The translations under genes were made by a program, and so were the position numbers. A stretch of DNA of 64,000 nt from Macrostomum lignano (lineage: Eukaryota): NCBI GenBank assembly GCA_002269645.1, contig NIVC01000558.1, positions 1-64,000 of the forward strand, read 5' to 3'. Positions 13,631-24,276 of this stretch are shown in pieces; position 1 is the stretch's first letter; each line of letters begins with the position of its first letter. The notes beneath the pieces are model-generated. The model saw nothing but the letters and a program-made list of their open reading frames with translations, was not told the origin of the DNA and did no database searches.

Positions 13631-14814
13631 AAAATAGACAGATTTTTTAAGATTTCAAGGCTTGTGGGAGCATTGCTGAGATGTCAAGGGGGGAGTTGAT
13701 ATGTTAAGGCTTGTGGGGGGGATTGCTGACATGTCAAGGCTTACAAGGGTACTGGTAGCGTACTGAAGCATACTGGTAGAAGTAGCTCTGAAAGAAGGCA
13801 AGTATGGTTGAATTTCAATGTCTGTTATAAAATTCTGCACAAACATGTTTTATTGGTACATAAGCCTGGAATTAAAATGAGAATTCGATTCCTAGCCCCC
13901 TCCCTAAGAATTTTTTTTCATTTAAAAGGATTCGTCCCTTGCTTATTGGCCACCCGAAGGCCATTTTTTATCAAAAATGATAAAAATAATTTTTATCAAA
14001 CACGTTGACATATACAGGGCTCTAAACTAAAAACTGTAAAAAGTTGATAGTTTTGTTTTACCTAAAATGCGTTATTAACGATCTCCAAAAATTCCTATTT
14101 TAAGCTTAAGCTTAAGAAAAACACTTAAAGTACTCCTGCTAAAAGGTATATTATATTAGACGAATATTAATTATTTCTGCTCCCCGAAGGGGGGCAAAAC
14201 TTTAGCTTCCTATATACTAAAAATGTGATGTCTATATATATGTGATAGATTAGAGAAAAAATGGCTGGACCGATTTTGTTCGAACTTGCACTGTTCGATC
14301 AGAAATTTTCCCGTGACGGTACATGCATCGTGGCTAAGAAATTGCTCGATGCTAAAGGCATTAAATTTTCGAAAAACATGCTTTTTTGCAAAGGTCAAGC
14401 AAACTTTTTGACTTGAAATGCATTGTAAGAATGCTAGAGAAAAAACTGACTGGTTGAATTCTGACTCTGAAATATATTGCATCATAACTGAATTGTAACT
14501 CCGACTTGAATTGAAAATGCAGTGTGGAAGCGTAGCACCAGACTTGATTTAAATTGCGTAACCATATTGTTAACTGATACTGACTGAGTGAGAAACTGAT
14601 TATGTCATAACTGCTTCGTGTGATTTACTCTATGCTTGGATTTAAAAGTGTTGAGTTATATAAGTGCAAAAGTTGATGTTATCAAAACGATGAGAGCTAG
14701 CCTAAAGGTGAACAACCTGAACTGCTAAATGCAGTGACGATGGTTTGAATTTTCATAGAGTATAATTTTTTTAATTAAAGCTTTTCAACGTCAGGAAAAC
14801 TAAAAGACTTTTTA

Positions 14815-15070
14815 AAAAGAAGCGTCATGTAAAAATCATAGAAGCGTCATTTACAAAATCATAGAAGCATCATTTAAAAAATCATAGAAGCGTCATTTAC
14901 AAAATCATAGAAGCATCATTTAAAAAATCATAGAAGCGTCATGTAAACAATCATAGAAGCGTCATGTAAAAAATCGTAGAAGCGTCATATAAAAATCATA
15001 GAAGCGTCATGTAAACAATCATAGAAGCGTCATGTAAAAATCATAGAAGCGTCAAGAAAAAATCATAGAA
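14815..15070. repeat. 22-24 bp satellite, second array
   Basis: Same unit as 11745-12640. Confidence 0.92.
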
Positions 15071-15973
15071 GCCTCATTTAAAACTAATGAAAGTGTCATT
15101 TAAAAAATTAAGAAGCGTCACGGTAGAATAAAAGAAACGTCATGTCAGACATGAAGGGTTCATGTAAAAATTAAATGCAACTATAATGCTGTGCTGGGGA
15201 GAAAAACTGAGACGTCAAGGCTCTCAGAGAATAACTGAGATTACGGGGGGGGTTTCTGAGATGTCAAAGCAAAAGTCAGAAGCTACTTCAAAGTTCATGT
15301 ACTTTACTCCATTTTTTATTGCATTCTTTGTTGGCTCGTCACGGGGGGGGCGCTGATAGAAGAAAAGTCATGTAAAAAATAAAAGTAGCACTATGTATAC
15401 ATAAAAGAAAAGTCATGTCGAAGTTAAAAGATTCATTTGGGAATTGCTACGATGTCAAAGCTTGGTGGAAATCGTTATAGTGCTGTGATTCTTAAAGAAA
15501 GAATCACTAAAATGTCAAGGCTTAGGGGAGAAGAATTGCTGAGATTTCAAGGCTTTAGGTTGGGTTAAAGTAAGGTTTAGGTCAGGTGTGGGTTGAGGGT
15601 TATATTTTATCGGGTTTCAAGGTTAACAGGGGATTTTTTAGATTTCAAGGTTTATGGGGGCCATTGCTGACATGTCAAGGCTTACGGGGGAATAGCTGAG
15701 ATGTCAAGGCTCACGGGGGTATAAATGAGATTTCAAGGCTAAAGTCAGAAGCTACATGTAGTTTATTGAAAACTTTTTATTACATTATTTGATGCCTCCT
15801 CAGGGGAGGGATCGCTGATAAAAAAGCGTAATGTAAAAAATAAAAGAAGCTTCATGTCGAAGTTAAGAGATTCATTTGGGAATCCCTACGATGTTGAGGC
15901 TTGCAAGGAATCGCTATAATGCTGTAGTAGTGCTATAATGACTCTTAGAGAGAATTACTGAAATTTCAATGCT

Positions 15974-16040
15974 TTAGGGTTAGGTTAGGGTTAGGGTTAG
16001 GGTTAGGGTTAGGGTTAGGGTTAGGCTAGGGTTGGGGTTA
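15974..16040 (+). repeat. Interstitial telomeric repeat (TTAGGG)n
   Basis: About 11 units with few variants, same context as 13597-13630. Confidence 0.9.
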
Positions 16041-16584
16041 GAAGGTTGACAGATATTTTTAGATTTCCAAGGCTTATTGGGGCATTGCTGAGATGTCAAG
16101 GGGGGAAGTTGATATGTTAAAGCTTGTGGGGGGATAACTGACATGTCAAGGCTTACAAGGTTTGACAGGAGATTTTTTAAGATTTCAAGGATACATGTAG
16201 CTTATTAAAAAAACGTGTATTGCATTTCTTTGGCTCCCCAACGGGGGCGTAGATTGCTAGTTTTAAACTAAGACCAATATACAGCGTTTGTGCGTTAACT
16301 GTGAAAATTGTGGGAATTCTAGCAGACTTACAAACAAAATATCGTCAGAAACAATGGACGCTGGAGGAGAAGGTAGGGGAGGGCTGGAAAGAGAAAACCC
16401 CAGTGCTGCGACACTGTTGAAGTTTTGGGATGCTGCTAGAGAAAGGTCTGGGCCGCAGCCACCCCCTCCCCAGTCGCCCTCGCAAACTGCGCTCCACAGA
16501 AAACTAAAAGAAGTAGCAACCAAGCTTGACAAACGACAGGAGCTCAAATTTTAGACGTGGCTTCCGCGGGTCTAAGAGCCTGGG

Positions 16585-17455
16585 TGTTCGCCAGGTAGAG
16601 CGGCTACAAAGAGACAAGGGCGCCAAAAAGAGGCAGGGGTGCCAAACAAGAGACAGGGGTGCCCACCAAGAGACAGGGGCGCCCACCAGGAGACAGGGGC
16701 GCCCGGCCAAGAGAAGGGGCGCCCACCAAGAGACAGGGGCGCCCACCAAGAGACAGGGGCGCACACCAAGAGACAGGGGCGCCCACCAAGAGACAGGGGC
16801 GCCCACCAAGAGACAGGGGCGCCCACCAAGAGACAGGGGCGCCCACCAAGAGACAGGGGCGCCCACCAAGAGATAGGGGCGCCAAACAAGAGACAGTGGC
16901 GCCAAAAAAGAGACAGGGGCGTCCACCAAGAGACAGGGGCGCCCACCAAGAGACAGGGGCGCCCACCAAAAGATAGGGGCGCCAAACAAGAGACAGTGGC
17001 GCCAAAAAAGAGAGAGGGGCGTCCACCAAGAGACAGTGGCGCCCACCAGGAGATAGGGGCGCCCGGCCAAGAGACAGGAGCGCCCAGCAAGAGACAGGGG
17101 CGCCCACCAGGAGATAGGGTCGCCCGGCCAAGAGACAGGAGCGCCCAGCAAGAGATAGGGGCGCCAAACAAGAGATAGGGGCGCCCGGCCAAGAGACAGG
17201 AGCGCCCAGCAAGAGACAGGGGCGCCCACCAAGAGACAGGGGCGCCCATCAAGAGACAGGGGCGCCCAGCAAGAGACAGGGGCGCCCACCAGGAGATAGG
17301 GGCGCCCGGCCAAGAGACAGGGGCGCCCAGCAAGAGACAGGGGCGCCCACCAAGAGACAGGAGCGCCAAACAAGAGACAGTGGCGCCAAAAAAGTGACTG
17401 GGCGCCCACCAAGAGACAGGGGCGCCACCCGGCAAGAGACAGGGGCACGCGCCAA
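16585..17455. repeat. 20-bp GC-rich minisatellite (AAGAGACAGGGGCGCCCACC)n
   Basis: Period 20 read directly at 16741-16860. Confidence 0.96.
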
Positions 17456-18109
17456 AAAGATCTGTATTTAGAAAAAGTTGCATAAATGTATTTGATATAC
17501 TTTAGCCCTTATAACTGATTTATAATTGTAAAATTAGACAGCTGATGAAGTTCCGAGCTGGTACCTTCTTTACAGGAAATTTTAATTGCTGGCAACTTTC
17601 GTACTCCCTATTTACGTTAGGAGATTCGCTTTTTCACTACTAGTAGTTGTTCAGGCTTTGGCACTAGGATAGGAACGTGATTTGCGAGTTTTTATGCAAA
17701 GTAAAGAGCAGTTTGACTGTGAGAAAGCAATATTAGTGTAGGCAGGCTGATAGTCGCTGAGAAGATGGGCCCACTGCTCAAGAGCTTCAAAGTCGTATTG
17801 TCTTAAAACCAGCGCTACTTCGTTTCCTTCTGGGGAGTAAAAGACAAAGAGTTAAAATGCAATCATGAAGAATACAAAGCATGCTGTATAGACTTTAATT
17901 GAATAGACTTGCGCAGCCTCCTTAAGTTGCGCTGCTTGCTGTCCTGGCAGCTGCAAGAGGCCAGAAAGTCTTTCAACTGTTTTTTGATCGATTAAGTCTT
18001 GACTGCTTGACTGCGAGAAGAGCGGGATGAGAAACCATGGCAACACAGGAGTCAGCCTTGGGAAGCAGTTAAGAAAAAACCAAACCAAACTGGTTTTGAG
18101 TCCATAGTG

Positions 18110-18115
18110 TATAAA
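18110..18115 (+). promoter_or_regulatory. Candidate TATA box of G1
   Basis: TATAAA ~110 nt upstream of ATG; equivalent motif upstream of G2 (22782) and G3 (29883), CATAAATA in G4 and G6. Confidence 0.5.
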
Positions 18116-18221
18116 TAGAAACTTGGAAGCTACTCAGTTGAGGCGCTACTCAAAACCTCCAGTAGACTCTCTTGAAAACTGAAATTTGCAAAAAAGTTCA
18201 AAATTTTAGACTCTCTCGGAA

Positions 18222-20404
18222 ATGATATTAAAGTTTGTCACCCACTGCATTCTGGTCGGTGCCGCCATGGCCCAAGCGTTGAATGGTGCAGGTAAGACAT
18301 TAGATTAAATTTTCTAGAGATTTTATCTTTAGCCATAACATCACTGCAAGTTCTCAAATTTTTGCAGAGTACTCGACTGACCCAGTGGAGTCGCTGAACT
18401 CCACTGCTCCGATTACATCAGCTGGTGGAAGCAGCGACATTCACTGCACTGTGCAGTGCTCGGCCGCTGGAGCCGCCGTCTGCGCCGCCACCGCCTACGT
18501 GGAAGAGACTCGGGTGTGCCTGTTCTCAGGCGTGAGCAATGCGGACTTCTCTGCTGCCGCTCGAGCAGCACCGTCTTCCGTAGGGTGAAAGGTGCGTTGT
18601 CAATATAACGGAGAAGCAGTTATGCGCCTTTGAAGGAGCTTAGTTAGTTTGCAAAGGAGTTTCGGGTACTCACCATTTCCAATGTCCAGCTATATGCCTG
18701 AGCGCGTATGAACACTTTAGAGAGGCAACTTCTCTCAAGCAGGGTGTAGAGTTGCCCTGAATTTCTCACCTTATAGACAGTGTACACACTAGGTGCCTTG
18801 AAGGATAATTTCTGCACCCAAACCCTTAAATTGTTCACTGTAGCTATTTAAAAACTTCGATGTCTCAGTAACTTTTTATCACCGATTTTCTGCCAGGTCC
18901 CAAGCCAGATTTGGGGTACTACGTGATGCTGAATAGGACTCGTACGAACGTGCAAATGAGTTTTGCTAGAAACTGGACAGAGTACGAAAACGGATTCGGC
19001 GATGGAATCGACGTGTGGCTTGGTGAGCATTATCTTACGTCATGGCTGCTACCACAGCGTTTTTTGTGCCTAGATGAATCTTTTTGCCCGTTTTATTCGA
19101 TTTTCGGTTGTCTTCGATGAGTTAGCCATACCAAGAGACCATTCCTTTAAGACAGATTTAGGGGCTGTTTCGCAGAGGCTGTTTTGAAATTCAAGGAGGT
19201 TTGAAATCGGGTGACTATTATAAACGAGTGCAAATAAAGTGTTTAAATTTTAAAGATGCGTTAAGAATTCAAATTTTATAGCAACCTTTCGGTTTCCTAG
19301 TTGGTTTTTAATGCGTCAAATTAGGTGCAGTGCATAGAGTCCAGCAGAGTTCATAGAGTCCAGCAGAGTTCATATTCACCATTGGCTAACAACTGAAATC
19401 GTCAGGCAATTTGAATTATTTCACGAACATCAAACTCCAAGCATCCAGTTACGCATGCATTCACTGTCCTATCTCTTCTTTCTGTTCACCAGGCTGATTT
19501 CAGCGTACAGTCCCCTTTGCGCCATTCTTTACTTAAGCCATGTCTTCGATGTTCTGTGGCCCAACTTGCTCGCAGTTAAAAACCCAATTGATTTCTGTTG
19601 TCTATGGCTTGTCTGTGTAAACTATCTGCTACGTCTCAGCCTGCTGACGGCCACGCATCAAATTAACAGAACTACCAGTGGGTGGGGGCAACCGGCTATC
19701 TGACAATTTTTTGCTGCGCCGTACATGAACTTCAAGAACACGGGCTAACTTTTTGTTGCCACCTTCTCAAACAAAAATCAAGTCGCCAGCCCTCGGGACC
19801 ATCGAGATATTCTACGATTCTGCCAGAAGGTCGGATTTTCCCATAAGCTCTAGTGTATTCACGACACCCCTGTGAGTGCATAAGCACTGCGCTTCAGTAC
19901 AGCAGTGAAGAAAAAACCAAATAGGACGCAAAAAGGTAAATGTTCACATGAAATGACTATTTAAGGCAATTGCAATTTCTTTTAGGACTTCGGAGAATTC
20001 ACGAACTGACTGGAAACACGCCCAGGAAACTGCGAGTAGAAGCTGTCTTCACATCCGGTGTTCTCCACGTATACGAGTACTCCGGATTCTCCGTGGGCAA
20101 CGCCAGCACAAACTACCAAATGACTTTCGATTCATTTTTGTCGGCGAGCTCCAACTCATCCTATGATGCCATGACGCACCACAAGGGAATGCAGTTCTCA
20201 ACATTTGATAGGGATAACGATATGTTAGCATCCTCTTCATGCTCGCAGTCCCACGGTAATGTCGGCTGGTGGTTTAAAAGCTGTTACTATGCTCTTCCCA
20301 CGGGAAAAATATCCACATCTCATACTGGTGACTACGTTTACATTAACTGGTACGACGAATACACTTGCAACCACATTAAAATGTTATTGCTAGACCTAGA
20401 CTAG
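18222..20404 (+). pseudogene. PAN-FReD paralog G1 (signal peptide-PAN/Apple-fibrinogen C-terminal domain, no Thr stalk), 1-nt frameshift in exon 2
   Basis: join(18222..18291,18368..18591,18897..19022,19986..20404), all GT-AG phase 1; exon 2 is 224 nt vs 225 in paralogs; FReD motifs FARNWTEYENGFG..WLG, GMQFSTFDRDND, GWWFKSC. Confidence 0.85.
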
Positions 20405-22902
20405 TGCGAACACGCTGGAGTCCCAAAATCAAATCACACTACTGATGTACAAGGCGACAAAGAATATGTACAAGCCTTGAAGTCACTTATAAGATTCAAA
20501 ATTATTTTGATTTCAGGCGATGTTAACGAGCTTAAAGCTTACAGGAAGGTACAAGGCGCGGAGTAATTAAAAAATAATATTTTGGCAGACAACGCAAAGA
20601 AATAGTGGATTAAATTACAGCAAAATTTAGGTAAGGCAAACTGGGAAATTTTGGCAAAGTTTATAAATAACCTTAGAAAGTTAAATTGCAGGAATTTTTT
20701 AGTTGCTGTTTCTTATCCGCTAGAACATTATAACTTCTATTAAATTAAAAAAGTAGAATTATACGAACAGATATAGTTACTGGCCTAGGTTCGATCAGTG
20801 CATGTTCGGATTCTAGCAAACAGTCGGATATGAATTTCCATTTTCCCTGCTTTTTACATGTAAATCAAGCGAACACAAAAACAGAGCAACACAGGCTCAC
20901 GAAATTTAAGAACACGGGCTAACTTTATTGGTGCACACCTCGAACAAAAAAAGTCCTTCTGCCAGAAGATCGCGTTTTTTACAAGCGCTAATGCATTCAG
21001 TACACCCTGTGTGCCACTTGCATGGCTTTGCAAGGACTTTATATTTCGTTTTTAATAACGTGTCTACATCAAATTTCTGACATCGGTGTTATGTGGCCTT
21101 TACATAGGCGGAGCTTCTGATCACCTTTAACCTTTTGAAGCTTGTGGGTATCGATGCTTGATCAACAACATTAGGCATCTGGTGTCGAACCCCAGGTCCT
21201 TGAAGTTTGTGTGCCCAACTTGTTCCAGTAAAAAACTAACTATAATTCTGTTTTCACCCAGCTATGTCCTTGCGACCGAATATCTTTAACGTTTCAAATC
21301 GTTTTAATAACGATGGCGCAGTGAAGTTTTGGGAGCCCTGCGAAATTGATATATCGCAGGTCCAACTTGAGTGTTCGGTTCGTATCGCCTGCTAATCAAT
21401 GATGTACATTAATATTGGCTAGAGTTTCTTTAATCGTAGTTTTCTGGAAGTTTTTAAAAACGAAAATTTTGACCGCTGAGCAAAATGATTTTTGGCTGAA
21501 ATGAATAACTTAATACATGTACATGTGGTTTTTTGTAGTTTCTATTCTACATGCTATTTCACTGTAATTCTGGAAAATAATTCTGCTAGATGTAACGATT
21601 AAAATATCAAAAATGCGCAATTAAAGACGTAGCAGTTTTTTCTAATAGCATGTAGTTCCTTAAACATGAATATTTATAAACCGATGAAATACGGTTACTT
21701 TTTTACGTGTAACCGTGTCTGTTCTAAAATCGAGAATCTTGACTTTGTTTTTATGTTTTTTCCTGAAAATTACTTTCAATTTAACCAGTTTAGCAAAAAC
21801 TGTTGTTTTTTTAATAAATATTCTGTACTAAGTAGTACTCCTTTATCCCAAATATTTGCATATTACATGTATATATCTATATATATCTTGCACCACCTTA
21901 TTCCGTCAATATTAGCACAAAATCTGCTGTATCTTTCTACTTATTACTATTACTATTAACCAAAAAAAATTCTTTTAAACAAACGGCTTAAATCTCACCA
22001 GCGTTAATTTTCAAAAGTCTTTGAAAGCTTCGTTAATTTGCAGCAATAATTGAGAAGTCACAGAGAAGCAGTACAGCCACTCACAGCTCCACAAGGCCAA
22101 GGGAGTGAGGTTGAGGGCAAGGGACCATTGTTCCAAAGTCAGGAGCTACGAAGACCAGTGCCCAAGCGGCCCTGTCGTGGGTCAGTACATGTACATGTAA
22201 CCAGTACATGTAAGTCATGGGTCGGCAAACTCCGGCCCGTGAGCCACATGCAGCCTGAAAAGCTAATTCTCTATTCGGCCCTCGGGTCTTTTGAAACGTG
22301 TCTCGCAAGTTCACTCAAGATTTGCGTCTCTCTCTTCTCAGCTCTCCCTCTTCTCTTTCCCCCCTTTTCTCTCTACCCTCTTCGCTTCTCTCTGCTCTCC
22401 TCTCTTCCTTTCTCTCTCTTTTCTCTCATCTTTTCTTTTCTCTTTCCTCTTCTCTCTCTTTTCTCTATCTTGCAACGTGCAGAAAGATAAATTGAAACTG
22501 AACTACTGTTGAGTCCAGCATCCCAGAAAAGGAGCTGCTCAAGCAGTGACTGATCCTTGAGGCGGTGGAAGTGGCGGTTGAGTGACAGGTGATTCCATTG
22601 TTTTTGAGTTTTAAGAGCGAAGAAGAAGCGCGGAGGCCAAGCAAATTTATTGATTCTCTGAGCTGAGTCTTGAATCCTTGACTGCGGGAAGAGCGGGATG
22701 GGAAACCATAGCAACACAGGAGTCAACCTTGGGAGACAGATAAGAAATAAACCAAACCAAACTGGTTTTGAGTCCATAGTGTATAAATAGAAGCTTGGAA
22801 GCTGCTCAGTTGAGGCGCTTCTCAAAGCCTTCTTCAGACCCTCTTGAAAACTGAAATTTGCAAAAAAAGTTCAAAAATTCGAAAAAACAAACTTTCCCGG
22901 AA

Positions 22903-24174
22903 ATGATATTGAAGTTTTTCATCCACTGCATTCTTATCGGTGCCGCCATGGCCCAGGCTTTGGATGGTACAGGTGAGACATTCGATTTAGTTTCCTAGAG
23001 ATTGCATATGTTGTGTCTCGACCTAATGGCCGCTGGACGGGTCAGGGTTCGGGTCCTCCCGCCTAAGACACCCCGGTCCCAGCCCTCTACCCCGGCTACT
23101 CCTACGCGCCCTTCGCTCGGCTCGGCGAGAGTTCGCCGGACCGACCACCCTGAGATCAGCGAGTGTTCACCGGTCCCAGGTCCCAACCAGCTCCCGGCCC
23201 CACGCGGCAACCCAGGAGAAGAAAGCACGCGCTCACCTCTGCGTTACAGACTTATTCGCGAAGCGTTTATTGGCGAAGCGTTTATTTGCACGAAGCAGAA
23301 TAATCAGCGATTGCGGGATTCACGAGTTATTAGCTTGCAGAGAGCAGTTTTGCAGAGGGACGCCGACGAACGGGATAGAATACAAACAAAAAGAAAGAAG
23401 CATGGAGCGCAGCACGCTCAGGGCTAGCCATTAAATAATATTTACACAAAAAAGGGGGGAGGGGTGGGGCAGAATGGAGAGGGCGAGCCAAACCCTGGGG
23501 CCCAGCCAGCTTATCAGCCAGCCAGCCAATACGAGCAGCCCCAGGGTGAGGCGGGCAAAGAGGGAGGGGGTAGGGTCAGCACCCAGATTGGACAGAAGTT
23601 GGGCCGGGGGCTGAGTGCAGAAACGGGTAGGCCAGGGTTAAGGCTTACGCCTCTCACAAACCCTGGCCCTGGCGCGAGACGGGGGACGGGGCGGGGTGGC
23701 AAGAAAACTGAAAACACAATCACTGGAAGGACGCAGCCCAACACATCTTTATACGATGGCATCAATGCAAGTTCTCAACTATTTGTAGAGTACTCGACTG
23801 ACCCAGTGGAGTCGCTGAGCTCTACTGCTCCGATAACATCAGCTGGTGGAAGCAGCGACATTCACTGCACTGTGCAGTGCTCGGCCGCTGGAGCCGCCGT
23901 CTGCGCTGCCACCGCCTACGTGGAAGAGACTCGGCTGTGCCTGTTCTCAGGCGTGAGCAATGCGGACTTTTCTGCTGCCGCTCCGCGCAGCATCGTTTAT
24001 CGAAGAGTGAAAGGTATGCAAGTGCTGGGTTTTGGGGCTTGTTTGAGTCAATTTTCACAGGCAGATTGGTTACTTAGTACATTTTTATTGTAACTGGAAC
24101 TTTAGCTAATTAGGTGATTTTTTGATGCACAATTAACAGTAAATCGGAATAAATGCTTTTCTTCAGAGGAATTG

Positions 24175-24208
<34 letters not shown>

Positions 24209-24276
24209 CTACATCAACAACAACAACAACTACTACTACTACTACAACTCCTGCCCCCCTGAAAGGGTACGGATAA
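22903..24276 (+). CDS. PAN-FReD paralog G2, truncated: signal peptide-PAN-poly-Thr stalk, FReD absent (134 aa)
   Basis: join(22903..22972,23789..24013,24167..24276); frame intact to ..TTPAPLKGYG-stop; sequence then switches to the cluster's downstream flank. Confidence 0.75.
23009..23743 (-). mobile_element. Probable solo LTR (735 bp) in intron 1 of G2
   Basis: TGTTG...CAACA termini, absent from the homologous G1 intron, AATAAA motifs on minus strand; TSD imperfect (CATA/CATC). Confidence 0.6.

Larger units (their letters stand above)
8807..14205 (+). mobile_element. Non-autonomous Helitron-like element 1 carrying satellite arrays
   Basis: 5' TC..ATATACTAAAAATG..CGAACGGCTCAACCGATTTT resembles Lep1-type Helitron 5' ends; 3' GC hairpin GCTCCCC-GAA-GGGGGGC (14179-14195) then CTTTAG; 5' ~600 bp homologous to 14208 onward. 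Confidence 0.65.
14208..16260 (+). mobile_element. Non-autonomous Helitron-like element 2, head-to-tail with element 1
   Basis: 5' TCCTATATACTAAAAATG; 3' hairpin GCTCCCC-AAC-GGGGGC (16233-16248), then CTAG at 16257-16260 followed by T; internal modules collinear with element 1. Confidence 0.75.

Noticed and set aside
16263-17483. ORFs including the 88-aa MDAGGEG.. frame and 300-aa repeat ORFs
   Set aside because: Frame not conserved in the homologous copy at ~4257; the rest is minisatellite
17540-17610. CTGATGA..GAAA possible hammerhead ribozyme
   Set aside because: Could not form stems I-III around the core; same for GGCCGAAAC at ~60718
22291-22512. Hydrophobic Leu/Ser/Phe ORFs (also 28316, 39502)
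   Set aside because: Translations of CT-rich low-complexity tracts
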